A stretch of DNA of 63,628 nt, filler included, from Welwitschia mirabilis (taxonomy: Eukaryota), in assembly GCA_051453625.1 (NCBI GenBank). It is 7 parts of one record of this genome, joined end to end, with 100 filler letters (N's around TTAATTAATTAA, not from the genome) between each part and the next. Parts side by side here need not be neighbours in the genome. Positions count along the whole stretch, not along the records: positions 1 to 25,849 come from JBOZIK010000001.1; 6 more parts are not named here. The stretch is one strand, 5' to 3'. Made by a program: the position numbers and the translations under genes. This document shows positions 1 through 12,739 of this stretch, piece after piece. Numbering within the stretch: position 1 is the stretch's first letter; the number at the start of each line of letters is the position of its first letter. The notes beneath the pieces are model-generated. The model searched no databases, was not told the DNA's origin, and saw only the letters and a list, made by a program, of their open reading frames with translations.

Positions 1-891
1 CCTTTTTTTTTTTTTTTGTCTGCATCTCTAGTGCAAGTTTTTTTTATTGCCTTCCCCTCAACTAATGGCAAGGATGGGAGGACTGTTTTCTAATTATAGC
101 AATTCTGTTACCAAAGCCAAACGTCTTCGACCTTGTTATGCAGCTGATCCGAAAAGCTTATCATCTAGTTGCGTGGATTGTGGATGGTTCTGATGATGCA
201 GAGTGGATGCAATTAATGATAGCGTTTGCTTCACTCAAAATGATACGATTTTTTTAGCGGCTTATGTGATCTCTGTTGCTCTGTGCATTTTGACATCTTT
301 TCTCCTCTTTGCATTCACAAATGAGATCGCCTTTTCCTCGTCGGTCTTTTGTGGGGCCTCTTGGTCTTACCTCTTTGCCTTGAAGAGTTATCCTCTTGTT
401 CCCTACCTATTTGTTTCTGCATAATGCTGGGTACTTTTCTATATCTTTAAAGTGACGATTCTATTTTCTTGCATGTCCCAGCCAAACAGTGGAGAAATGG
501 CCCAAGCCAAGCTTATACTGAACGACGTACCTCCCATTCTTGGAAAAAAAAAATCACCTATGCACACAATATGATATCCTCCACGCCTATAATTGTCCTT
601 TCCTTCATCCTCCAACCAGCTATCGTTCTCGTTTTGACTGCTCTCACCTTCTTCCTCATCCCTGCGCTTCGCTGCGTTTCCACTGTGTTTTGTACGGTCT
701 CCTCAAATTCACTGTTTCACTATCATTCAATTGCATTTTTCTGCGCTTTTTTTTTTTTTGAACCTCCTTCTGCATTACCTTTTTGATTTAGCTCTCTACA
801 CATGCGCTCGTGTTGGTGGCTTTACAAGGGCTAGTTTAAAGCTTTATCTAGTTGTCGATTTTATAGTCTAGTTTGTGTCTCAGAGCTTTCT

Positions 892-1467
892 TTGTGGGTT
901 TATTTTGCCACTGAGACGAATAAAAGTGAAATAGGGTGGATGACCAGAAAGCAGAAAATAGAAGCACCTGGGGATGATTTCTGGAGAAAAATGGATGACT
1001 TCAGTGATGTTTCCCCTTTTGGGGATGAAACTTTTATTGCCTTGACAACCTGCTTAGCTTTCCTGGCTTGGGTGATGGAGAGATTGATGCCTACTCCATT
1101 GAAGATTCTACCAATGCTAATCTCACAGTCTCCGACTGTGCTCCTGCAGCTCCTCAATGCACCTGATTCTTTCACTATAACCGAGGACAACTGCCTAGTG
1201 CCCTATGTTTCTCAAGATGATTTGACAGACTTGGGATGGCTTCCATTTGTCAATAGCTCATTCTCAACTGAGCCTCCAAAGTCTTTCCTCGGCCCCGAAA
1301 TGCTAGAATCTGAGGGAGACCAAAGAGAGTCAAGCAAGCTCTCTCTCTCTCTCTCTCTCTCTCATACTCAATATATAAAGGATGCTCTCATTGCTAGTGG
1401 CATTCCAGTTGTTGACGCTTCACAAAGCAAGGGTACCCAATCTTCTGAAGGTTCAGAGTCTAATTGA
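892..1467 (+). pseudogene. Putative C-terminal part of Sirevirus extra (env-like) ORF
   Basis: 191-aa ORF ending S..SEGSESN directly upstream of the PPT region; the same ending recurs at 2721-2784. The call rests on position only, with no recognised domain. Confidence 0.35.
1339..1362 (+). repeat. (CT)12 microsatellite
   Basis: Perfect CT run read directly. Confidence 0.95.
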
Positions 1468-2720
1468 ATCTTGTGTTTTTCTCGTTCTTGCTATCCTCCT
1501 TGTCCTTAATTTCATCAAAAAGGTGGAGAACACATTGTTATTTTTTATCTTTTATAAGCATCAATGTAAAATGTATTTCTTCGCTTGTAATTCAACATGT
1601 CTGATTAATACAAAATGTTTTTTGTTATGAAAATCTCTCTTATCTACACTAATTTTTCTTTCCTTCAAAACTCGTATAAATTTAACTTGATTACAAATTT
1701 ATTTGATTAAGGGGGAGTCCCACATGTCCAATTAATGTTTTTCCTCAGTTAATGATAAAGGGAGAGTTTGTTGAGAATCTATTATCATTAATCAAATTAA
1801 TGATTTTTTGTGGAGTTAGTCATTGTGCAAAGATTTTCCAGCACTTGGTGACTACTATATAAATTTAGACAATTGACTAATTTTATGAACATACTCTAAA
1901 CATAAAGTAAGGGCAATCGCATACTACCTAGAATCGACCTTAACGAGGTCGACCGATTGATCAATTGAGGGTGATCTAAATGAGGTCGACTGCATATTTA
2001 CTTAAGCGAGACCAAACGTTCATTTGCACCAGACTGATAAATTTGCATCAAGCAAGGGCGGCTGAATGAATTAACTTAGGGCAGCCGAATGTTCCTATTT
2101 AAAATTGTGAGAAATCTAAATAAAAAAAGGGTGACTAGATTAAATGAAGAAGGGCAACCGAATACTATGATGACTGAGCATATCTTAAGGTTGCCTTGCC
2201 TTATTACAAATATAACTATTATATTTTTTCAGTTCATCCAAAAAAGTGCGAAATACACTACAACGGTCCACTTCTTTTCTCTCAAAGTTTACCTTTTGTG
2301 ATTTCTCTATTTAAGTACCTTTCCATTAGAATGAAGAATACTTTTTGATGTACATAAAAAGAAACTATTACATCAATCATTCAATACCTGAACGACTGTG
2401 AGTTCAAATTTCTGTTTGAGCTTCTTCGTAGTTCATCTCTTATAAGAGCTTGATGTATTGCTTGTTCTTGTGGAGCATATTTGTACCTTTGTGCACTTAG
2501 CTTACTTTCTTTCCATTGTGGTTATAGATTAGTCTAAAAATCCTTTATGATTGAATAGGTTTATGATGAGCGTAAAAACCATTCTTTGAGGTTAATATAT
2601 GCCAGCCAGAGACTGGTGGCNNNNNNNNNNNNNNNNNNNNNNNNNNNNNNNNNNNNNNNNNNNNNNNNNNNNNNNNNNNNNNNNNNNNNNNNNNNNNNNN
2701 NNNNNNNNNNNNNNNNNNNN

Positions 2721-4286
2721 TTCAGTTGCTGATACTTCTCAAAGTGAGAGTACCCAGTCTTCTGAAAGATCTAAGTCTAATTGAGTCTTGTGCTTCTCTT
2801 ATTCTCATTGTTCTCCCTATCCTTAATTTCGTCAAAAATGGGAAGAACACATTGTATTTCTTTTGTCTTATATGAGAATCAATGAAAAATGTACTTATTT
2901 TTGTAATTTAACTCTTTTGGTTAATACAATTTTTTTTTTAAAAAATCTCTCTGGTCTTCACTAATTTTTCTTTCCTATAAAACTGATATAAATCTAAATT
3001 GATTATGAATTTAATTAATTAATGGGAAGCCCTACATGTTTAATTAATGTTTTTTCTCAATCAATAATAAAGGATGAGTTTGTTGAGAACTTATTATCAT
3101 TAATCAAATTAATGAGTTTTTTTATAGTTAGTCATTGTGCAAAGATTTTTTAGAATTAGGTGATCACTATATAAATTTGGGCAACCAGCCTGTTAGTAAT
3201 GTAAACTACTTTAGGTTCAAGCGACCAATACTAAACGTGAGGGCGATTGAACTATTAAAGCAAAAAGAAGACCAGTTTTAGCACGGATGATTGTGCATGA
3301 TGCCTAGGGCAACCTAGTTTCAAATCTATAATAGACTAAGACAAACATGGATAACTGCTCACAAAAGAAAGGGTGACCACACTGCAAGCTACAAAGTTCA
3401 ATCTTCTGATAGTAAAGGTGACTGAATATTTAATCAACGGCAACCACATACTACCCAGAATCTATCTTAACAAGGTTGACCTATTTATCAATTAAGGGTG
3501 ACCTAAATGAGGTTAACTTCATATTTACATAAAGGCAACCAAAAGTTCATCTCCATCAGACTAATAAATCTGTGTTAAATAAGGGTAACCAAACAAATGA
3601 AATTAGGGCAGCCAAATGTTCCTATTTAACCTTGTGACAAATCTAAATCAAATAAGAGTGACTAGAGTAAATGAAGAACGCCAACCAAATACTAGTGCGA
3701 CCAAGATTATCTTAAGATCGACCTGATGTATTACAAATATAACTGTTATGTTTTCGCAGTTCATCTAAAAAGTGCAAAATATTATACAATGATCCGCTTT
3801 CTTTCTTTTAATGTTTACCTTTTGTAGCTTTTCTATTTAAGCACACTTCCATTAGAATGGAGTACACCTTTTTTGAAGAACACAAATAGAAAGTGTTACA
3901 TTAGTTATTTCATACCTGAACGATTGTGAGTTTAGATTTCTATTTAAGTTTCTTATTACACAATCTATTGTAAGAGCTTATTATACTACTTGAAATCATA
4001 TCTATGCATTTGTGCACTTAGCTTACTTTCTTTTCATTATGGTTGGAGATTAGCCTGGAAATCCTCTAGTGATTGAATAAGTTTATGGTGAGCCTGATGC
4101 CAGTCTTTGAGGTTAATATATGCCAGCCAGAGACTGGTGGCCTAAGGGATGAAATGTGGTGTCTATCCACCATAAAAATATGTTGTGTTTTTGTTGGGGT
4201 GTTTGATTTTTTTCAGGTTATTGAAGTGGAATAATTTTAGTATTACAACCTATTCACCCCCCTCTAGGATCGATCCGTGATTTTCA
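2721..4286 (+). mobile_element. 3' end of Sirevirus-type copia, copy 2, with complete 3' LTR 3081-4286
   Basis: PPT-like AAAGGATGAGTT, then TGTTGAG at 3081. The LTR ends with the Sirevirus-type U5 signal TATTCACCCCCCTCTAGG...TTTTCA at 4286. Confidence 0.8.
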
Positions 4287-5599
4287 ATTACATTGCCTTC
4301 TAAAACAATAACCTAATTGGTATTTATTGACTCCATCCATATATCCAAATCCTCAATAAAAATTTCAAAGATTGTAGGATAAAAAAGGATAACATCATTT
4401 AGCACCCATAAAATCATTTTAAAAAAAGACATCTTGAGTGTTATTATCTGTGAGTTAAATGCACACCTCTCTATATAGCAACTAAATTATAGATGATAAT
4501 GGTGCAAGAGCACCACTCTATTATACTCTTTGTTAAAACTTCCCTCTACTAATTAAATCATAGTTTCTAGAGAAATCAATAGAATACATCATTGTGATCC
4601 TTTTTTATCCTTTAGCCTAATCAAGATAATATTTGAGAGTAAAAAGGTAATATATTATCGAGTGATTTGCTAAAAGACTTCCCGTGATTTGCGTTTTGCT
4701 TGTTTTCTTCTACCTAATTATCAACATTGTCTTCTAAACTAAATATCCATAATTTTGAAAAGGTATTATTAATCATGATTAATCTATAATTGTTTAAAGC
4801 TAATTTATTCCCTTTTTTGAAGAGTATAATAGCTTTACTACTGTTCTATGTTCTTGCTAACTTTATATTCAAGACTTGATTTAACTTTTTCTAGACAACC
4901 TCCCCTACTAATTATTACTTTAATTTTATCATTTGTTCATATGTTCCTTTTGCGTCTGCTACTTTTCATGAGGCTAACTACTAGATACCTTTACATGTCT
5001 CATAAAAGTAATGGATAGACTACCATTAGGCTTCTGTATTCGACTTGAACCATCTTTATCACTGAACAAGTTTTAATACAAATTCTTAATTCCATTAAAT
5101 AAGAACTAATTTTTTGACCTTTTTTTAGTTCAAATGAGTTCCAGAATTTCCACAGCTCCCTTTTTAGCATTTGTAGTAAATCTAGTTAGGTTTCATTATG
5201 AAATCATCTATTCCTACTACATACAACATCTTGTAATTGCCTTCTTATAATTCTTTATTTTATTGATATAATCTATATGCCTTTTAATGTCATGCATTAT
5301 CAAATCATTAATTTCTTTTTGACTTTATTTTCTTGGATACATGATAAGCAACATCTATCAAAAGTTGGTTTAAGTTATTATGGTAGCATGATAAACCCCA
5401 TCTCCTTTTCACTTTTGTTTAAAATTGATCTTCTACCCTTGTGTTATTATATAAAGATATGTTGTTGTAATAGAGCTAAACTTGCAGAGATAATGAAGTG
5501 TTGAGAATAATGAGGAAACTCAACTAACCTATTTTGCACTTCTAATTTCTAAGTTCGATTAACACTATTTAAATTTATTAGTAATAGGTCAATGCTCGA

Positions 5600-6260
5600 A
5601 CACCTATGAGAACTACTGAAAGGGTAAGAGTTGCTAAAGAAGAGTCTCCTTGAACCCATTGGGTATGTTCTTAACTATTTTTTTATGTTGTTTTGAGTTT
5701 TTTAGAAGCTTTTTCTAGAATTTTCACCTTTTGCATAATCAAAGCAATTATAGCAAGGAGATCTGTGATCATAGCCTTTAATGCTCTATCCTCTACTCTG
5801 ATTTCTTTGAGCATAATCCTAAGTTCTTTTTTTTTTTTTCTTTTTTGTGGTCTCTCTATTCATTTTAAAGCATTGTTTTTGTTGCTTTTATAACATTCTC
5901 TTACTAGATGTAAGGGATTTGGACCATGTCTCCTTTTATACCCATTAAACTTCATTTTTATGCATACACTTGAAACCACCAAAATTAGCTACAAAATAGT
6001 GCTTTTTCACTATTCTACAATAGTTTTTAAGTTTAATATTAATATTTTTATACTTTCAAAAAATTCTATTATAAGAGGGAAGAGCCCCTCAAAAATTCCT
6101 TTCAGACCATAATTCCCTACTTTTAGAAGGCCCTTAGCCCACATGAAAAAACATGTAGTGACATCTAAAGCTTTATTTAAATGAAAGAGCTTGATCTCAG
6201 AATTTCTTATAGCACATGGAGTGATATGCATGCCTTTTTATATAACTTTAGCTTCTTAAT
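5600..6260 (-). pseudogene. Decayed retrotransposon accessory ORF, possibly Transposase_28-like (Tat clade)
   Basis: ORF 6010-6231 contains GIFEGLFPLIIEFFESIKI, reminiscent of the GLRFPLHPFIxEFL motif, and is followed by Lys-rich broken frames. Weak similarity only. Confidence 0.3.
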
Positions 6261-6313
6261 CTATAAAATTTACACAACTGAATAGATTTGAATTAGATAA
6301 GTAGAACTCTTAT

Positions 6314-8116
6314 TGTAATAATCCTAAATATCACAAAAGTAAGATAACCCTAAAATAAGAGGTTTTACCCCTTCAGACTAGGTGTTACCACCTACCATGA
6401 CATGAGTAATGGTTTCAAGGTGTTTTGAAATGCAAATAAGATTTAGAACACATAGCCAGAGAAAATCCTAATCATGAAGCAATAAGACCCTAAAGGAAGG
6501 GGGGAGGAGGGGGGGGGGGGGGAGGGAAGGGGAAGGTGGGTGGTGTGTTTACTATTTCTACAAATCCTTAATGCACAAAAAATGTCTACTACAAACTTAG
6601 ATACTTTGAATAAACTTAGCTTTATACCTAAGAGGATTGAATACTTAAAACCTTTAAGTGAATAAATAGTTACAGATGATAGATCTTTAGTTATGAGTTG
6701 ACAAGCAGTAGACTTTAATAATTTCAAAGGAACAATGATGGAAAATGCTTAATAGTCATAGTTTACGTGATCTAGATTTAAAACTAAGTTAAAAAATTAG
6801 TTATTGTTCTTCCATAGGGATAACTTGAATAGGTTAAGCAGAATCTACACAACTTTGCTAACTTGCAAGTTTACAAATTAAAAGAAAAAGAAAAGGGAAA
6901 GTAGAGAGAGTTGAGAATTATTTTAAAACTTTGTCTAGAAAAGTGGAAAGTAAGTGAGGTGCAAGGGATTACTAATTCATCCTTTTGTAAGTCCTCACTT
7001 GACCAGATGCAACACTAACATGAAACAAACTTCAGACCCTCAAGTGTAAAGGCTTGGATTATGGTAACATAATCTCATTTACCATTTGAGTATTGGTAAA
7101 GTTGATTATCATTGATGCCAGAGCCTTGTAATAAAAATGGAATGTACAAACTAACTATCTGTAAGATCCATGAAATTACTAAGATTATAAATCAATTAAT
7201 TAATCAAATCTAATTGGTTAACTAATGTAAGACTTGATAGTGCATTATTGCTTAAGTATTCCTAGTACAAAATGAATTGAAACTAATAATTAAAAGGAAG
7301 CAACTCTTTAGTATTAAATCAAGAAAAATGCAGATTACATCAAAGATGAAGGAAAGTATAAATGGCTCTTTAAGCTTCTTAAAAGCAAGCCCACTTTCTA
7401 AGGAAGTGCTTAGAAGGCTACTACACCTTAATACTCTAAAGGCTCCATGCCTTGCCCAAATGAAGGATGTTTATAATAAAGGACCAAAAGCCCTTTTATA
7501 TGTGAGCATGGAGGTAGGGAGTGGTTACAAGCACTTGGCTTGTAGCATTAGGTAGACAATTACATAATGATGGCATTAGATAGTATGGTTTGTTATCTTT
7601 TACATTTGGTAAAGATTCTTATGACAATGTCAACACTTAGCTCTTAGATGCTATAGCTACTAGAGCTGATGTAATTTTCATGTATCTACACTATCATCTT
7701 ACTCAATAATACCACATGTATCTACTATGAGTCCTCATCATCACTGCCACATGTAATCAAGAATGCAATTTATTTTTGATGTGGAATTTGATCAAGCCCA
7801 TTACTGTATTTGATTTAATTCTTCATGATAAATCAGAAGCATAAGAATTGAAGTTTTTTTTTCCTCATAGACTAGTGGCACTAGTAATCCTAGACGATGG
7901 CACCGGTGTTTTAGGTTGGATTATCTTCATTTTTTATAGAATTCTTCAAAATGTGATAATTATCCTAAAAATGTCATGGGAAAGAGGTAAGTTCATAATT
8001 AATATTGAAAATCAATGGAAAACATGTTTTGTAATAAAATCAATTATATTAATATTTTTTATTAAGACATATTAGTCATTTAATTTGACTATAATATTAA
8101 TTTTTACATGTTAACA
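6314..8116 (-). mobile_element. Solo LTR, Ogre/Tat-like Ty3/gypsy
   Basis: TGTAATA...TTAACA termini. Flanks CTTAT (6309-6313) and CTTAC (8117-8121) form a 4/5 TSD. The minus strand has AGGTGGTAACACC ~70 bp from the end, like the sub-terminal GGTGGCGACTC motif of Ogre LTRs. No coding content. Confidence 0.6.
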
Positions 8117-8779
8117 CTTACCTTCTTCTTTCCCTTAAGAATCCTTCCCTCGTTAGCTAGAGTTTTCCTATCACCCAACTCTTCCTTTATTGATTTAGAG
8201 ATGGAGAAAATTAATGGAATGATTTATTAGTGTAATATGATTTGTTTATTCTTTATACCATTAAAGACTATTATACTTTAAGTCTAATAAGAAGAAACAA
8301 GTTTATACAGAATAGTAGCTGAGAATCTAGAATTATATCCTCTTTGCAAGTAAACTATACATCAAGCTCAAGCTATAAAACATGGAAATATGTACTTAAA
8401 GAAATGATAGAATTGTTCTAAGTAATACTCCCATCACTTTTACTACTCTAGGTTTACCTCCACAACTGAGCTATTCCAAAAACTGAAGATCACAATGACA
8501 ACAATATCCAATTTATTAGTGAAAACTATTACATTAATAGAATTCCTATAGATATCTATTAAGATCTTATTAATATGTTAATGGTAACTTTAGATTTTAA
8601 CAAATTTATTAATAATAAATAATGATCCATTATGTAAAATGATAATTGCACTTAATGAATAAGAAAGTTAGAAACATGGCAAGAATGTTGATTATATTTT
8701 GTTTACAATGAAAAATAAAGTCTACTCTCTTAAGGAGAGTGAACCCTACTACTAGACATTTTAAACATGCATAATTAGT

Positions 8780-11700
8780 AATGACAAGAAGTGAAAAAGT
8801 CTAAGAAACAATATAAAAAACTCATGACTTAAAAAAAAGGAACAAGCATTCTAAGAAAATAGAAGAATCTAAGGAGAACATTCAAAAAAGACAACTTAAT
8901 AAGATGATGAATTATAGTTATTAAAACTAAATCCAAAAATTATTTTTACTTTTGGAACCCTAAGTATGCCAATTGAGCCAACAACTATACCACCATTTCC
9001 TAGGAGATTAAAGGAATATCTCATTAAGGATGAAAACTAAATAGTATATTTAAAGAGAAAGAACATAAAATTAATCTAATTCAAGCCTTAAAGGAGACAC
9101 CCTTGAAATATATCAAGGATTTGTATTTAAAGAAGGAAAAAAAACCCATCTACTAATAAGTACACCTAGGCAAAAATTTTATGTAAATGATGAAGAAAAT
9201 ACCGCTTAAACATACATATCTAGGGCCACATGTTGTTCTAATAATCATAAACAAGAAAACGGTGCCTTACGCATTGCTTAATTTAGGTACTAATATCAAT
9301 ATCATGCCTTCATATTTTTGTAAGTTATTAGAACTAATAGGATTTTCTAATAATGACATAACTTTATTATTATCAAATGGTTCTATAATAAATCCTTTAA
9401 GATTGATTGAAAATGTACTAGTATAACTTGATTAAAGACTTTATCTTGCAAACCTTACGACTATGAGAATTCATCAAAAAGTTTTTCTAATCATTTTAGA
9501 AAGACCTTAGTTAGTCATTGAAAATGCTATTATATAGTACCAAACTGATTTAACTCAACTTAAATTAGTTAATCTTAAAATAAACATGAACATTCTTAAC
9601 TCAACAAACCATAACGAAGAAGGCAAAGGTAAATAAGAATTGAAATTTGTGAATACTTCATCTAGAGTACTTTTTATTAGAGATTCTTTTCAAATAATTC
9701 TAGAAAATCAGTGAGAGTAATTATTAAGTATTGACAAAAAATAGGATGAACTCATAATTATAAAAGAGAAATTACCATTTAGACTACACAATAATCAAGA
9801 GATTTCTATAAAAAATAAAGATCGAGAACTATTAAAACCTAAAGAGTTATTATTAACCTTGAAATACATCATCTTAGATGATTAGAAAATGAAGCCTTTA
9901 ATCATTAGCAATGATATAAAACCTAAAGATAAAGTTAAGCTAATTCAAATGTTAATAGAAAATATGAGATCTTTTGTTTAATCCCACAAAGATTTACAAA
10001 AGAAGTTTCACTAGTTTTAGTAATGCGTAAAATTTACTTAGAAAAGAAAGTGACACCTGTTAGAGAACCCCTTCAATGTTTGAATCTTGTATTATAGAAG
10101 GTAGTTAAGGATGAATTCCATAAATTATGAAAATAAGGCATCATACATCCAATATCTAATAGTAAATGGATAATCTTTACCATAGTAGTTCTCAAAAAAA
10201 TGGTAAATGACATGTCTATATTAACTTTATAAAACTTAGTAAAAACACAAAGAAAGACCACTTTTCCTTATGATACACCAATCAGATCCTAAAAATCTTT
10301 TGAATCATGAATATTATATTTTTGTATAGATTTAATCATTATAATAAAATTTTCATGACATCTGAAAATCAATGCAAAACCATGTTTACCTTAACTTTTG
10401 AATACTTTTCTTATTGATGAATGCCATTTGGGTTATCTAATGCACCTACCATATTCTAATGAGCTATGATATCAATCTTTGTTGATATGATTGAAGAGTT
10501 TTCATAAATATTTATGAAGGATTTTTCATTATATGATGATTCTTTTAAATAAATTCTTAATAGACTTCATAAGTTATTATCATGTTGCATAGAGTAAGAC
10601 CTAAAACTAAGTTGGAAAAAAGTTGTTTCATGGTGAAAAGGGAATCTATTCTAAGACATGTAGTATCACGAATGAAAACACCTATATATCCTAAAAATAT
10701 TTAAGTTATTACATAATTCCCACCTTTAAAATATCTTACAACATTAATAGGTGTTTTAAAACATGTTGGATATTCTCATAGATTCATTAAAGATTTTGCA
10801 AAAACTATCAAACCTCTATATGAATTGCTAGAAATAGATAAATCTTTTATATGGAATAATTTCTATGAAAAAGCACTTAATGGTTTAAAGAAAAAGTAAC
10901 CACCCCACTAGTTGTTATTGCATCAAATTTGAATTACTCTTTTGATCTTATGTGTGATACTAATAATACTACTATCTATGTTGCACCTGGATAATACATT
11001 GACCATAAGTCACATGTCATCAACCACATCTCAAAGACCCTTAATCTAATTTAATTACATAACCATAGAAAAAGAACCACTTGCACTACATACTACACTT
11101 CATAAGTTCTAACAGTATGTCATATGTTTTTAAATTATGGCTTACATAGATCATTCAACTACTAAGTTCTTAGAAACAAAGTATATTGACAATGTTCATA
11201 TTATGCATGGGCTTTTACTAATACAAGATTTTTACTTAAACATTCAAAATAAGAGAGGGCATGGAAATATAGTAGTAAACAACCTCATTTATTTAGGATT
11301 GCCTAAGCAATACCACACTAACAATACCACACTAAAAATTCTTTGATGATAAGTCCCTTATGAGAAGTTGTTTGTAGTATACACTGATCCCTCTTAAAAA
11401 GGACCTTTAGTATGACATTTCTAATTATTTATCTCTCATAAAACTCATATGTAAGTGATTAAATGAGGATAAGAAAATGTTGTTTTAGAAGAATAAAAAA
11501 TAGATTTGACAAAATCCTTTCTTATGCCACATTTGCAAACATAAAATTGCATAATGATGTGTTCCTAAGTGGAAGAAACATAAAAATTTTGTACATGTAC
11601 CATAATCGTAATTTTAGAGGCCATTTCAATTGAGGTAACATATCTCACAACATTTCAAAAGTGGGCTTTACTAGCTAACCCTATTTAAGGATTCCCATGA

Positions 11701-12680
11701 CTATGTCACAGAGTGTAACTTCCACCAACATTTAGGTGGACTTTCAAAAAAAGATGAGATTCCCATAGATATAGTCTACAAAAAAAGCTAAGATTTTCAT
11801 AAATATAATATTAGAATTTAAACCACTTGACATTTAAGGAATTAACTTCACAGGATCTTTTCTTAAATCAAATGATTATCAATACGTCATTATATGTGTT
11901 GACTATGTCATAAAATGGCAGATGCCAAAGGATCTAAAACATATGATGTTAAAATAGTTGTTGAAGTTTCTAAGGTACAAATTTTATAATGTTTTAGCAA
12001 TACAAATCATGAAACCCACTTTGTCAACAAAACCATGAATACGTTTAATGAATTTAGTAAGAATCATGTATAAGATTGCCACAACCTATCATTCATAAAC
12101 AAATGTCTAAGTTGAAAATTTCAATTGAGAGATTAAAAGAATATTAGTCAAAATGGTTAATTCAAACAAGAAGTGGTATAAAAAGTTGAGTGATTCATTG
12201 TGGAATTATAGAACAACATGGAGAAACTCATTAGGCTATACTCTATATTAACTCATTCATAGAAAATAATGTTTATTACCAATAAAAATTCAACATAAAT
12301 CTTGAAACTTGATGTAAAAATTGAACCTCAATAAGGAATATAACATTTTAAAAAAGAAAACCACAACTAAAAATTTTAGATTATATAAGTTATCATGTAG
12401 TGAAATAACAATGAATTTTGATAAAACAGCTAAAATACCATCATGATGTTAAAAAAAAATTTACAAGAAAGAATTTTAATTTTAGTGATAAGATTTTGTT
12501 ATATAACATAAGATTACAAAAGTTATTTGGAAAACTAGCTACCAAATGGAAAGAAATTTTAAGGCCATAATAAAAACTAAAATAAAGTCATTATAATTAA
12601 AAACCTAACTGACAATAATTAGTTCATCATAAATAGTTAGTAAGTAAAAATATATTATAAAAAAGGTAGTATAGGTTCAT
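8780..12680 (+). pseudogene. Degenerate Ty3/gypsy (Athila/Tat clade) gag-pol: protease-RT-RNaseH-integrase
   Basis: Motifs in order across broken frames: MTRSEK (~8780), PFPRRLK (~8990), ALLNLGTNINIMP (protease, ~9270), IIHPISNSKW, KKDHF, MPFGLSNAP (~10420), IFMKDFS (RT, ~10510), FDLMCDT (RNase H, ~10940), integrase GINFTGSF..YVIICVDYV.KW (~11840) and TTYHS.TN..VENFN.EIKRIL (~12080). Gypsy domain order, with many stops and frameshifts. Confidence 0.92.
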
Positions 12681-12739
12681 ATTAATCTTAAATAAATAGC
12701 TAACTTCCATTAACGCTTATAATGCTCATTGTCGTTCAC

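Larger units (their letters stand above)
892..2620 (+). mobile_element. 3' end of Sirevirus-type Ty1/copia element, copy 1 (extra-ORF tail, multiple PPTs, 3' LTR from 1769 truncated by gap)
   Basis: ORF 892-1467 is followed by several purine tracts (AAAAAGGTGGAGAA ~1516, AAGGGGGAG ~1709, AAAGGGAGAGTT ~1757-1768) and then TGTTGAG at 1769. The LTR carries GGTCGAC-type motifs at 1940-1990. Region 1404-2620 is homologous to 2721-4141. Confidence 0.75.

Noticed and set aside
203-786. Short hydrophobic ORFs (203-424, 469-786; also 13309-13565) as small membrane proteins
   Set aside because: T/C-rich composition gives Leu/Phe/Ser-rich frames; non-ATG starts and no recognisable motif.
9900-11350. 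Endogenous pararetrovirus (Caulimoviridae) RT/RNase H
   Set aside because: A DDE integrase follows and the motifs are Athila/Tat-like; no movement or coat protein is seen.
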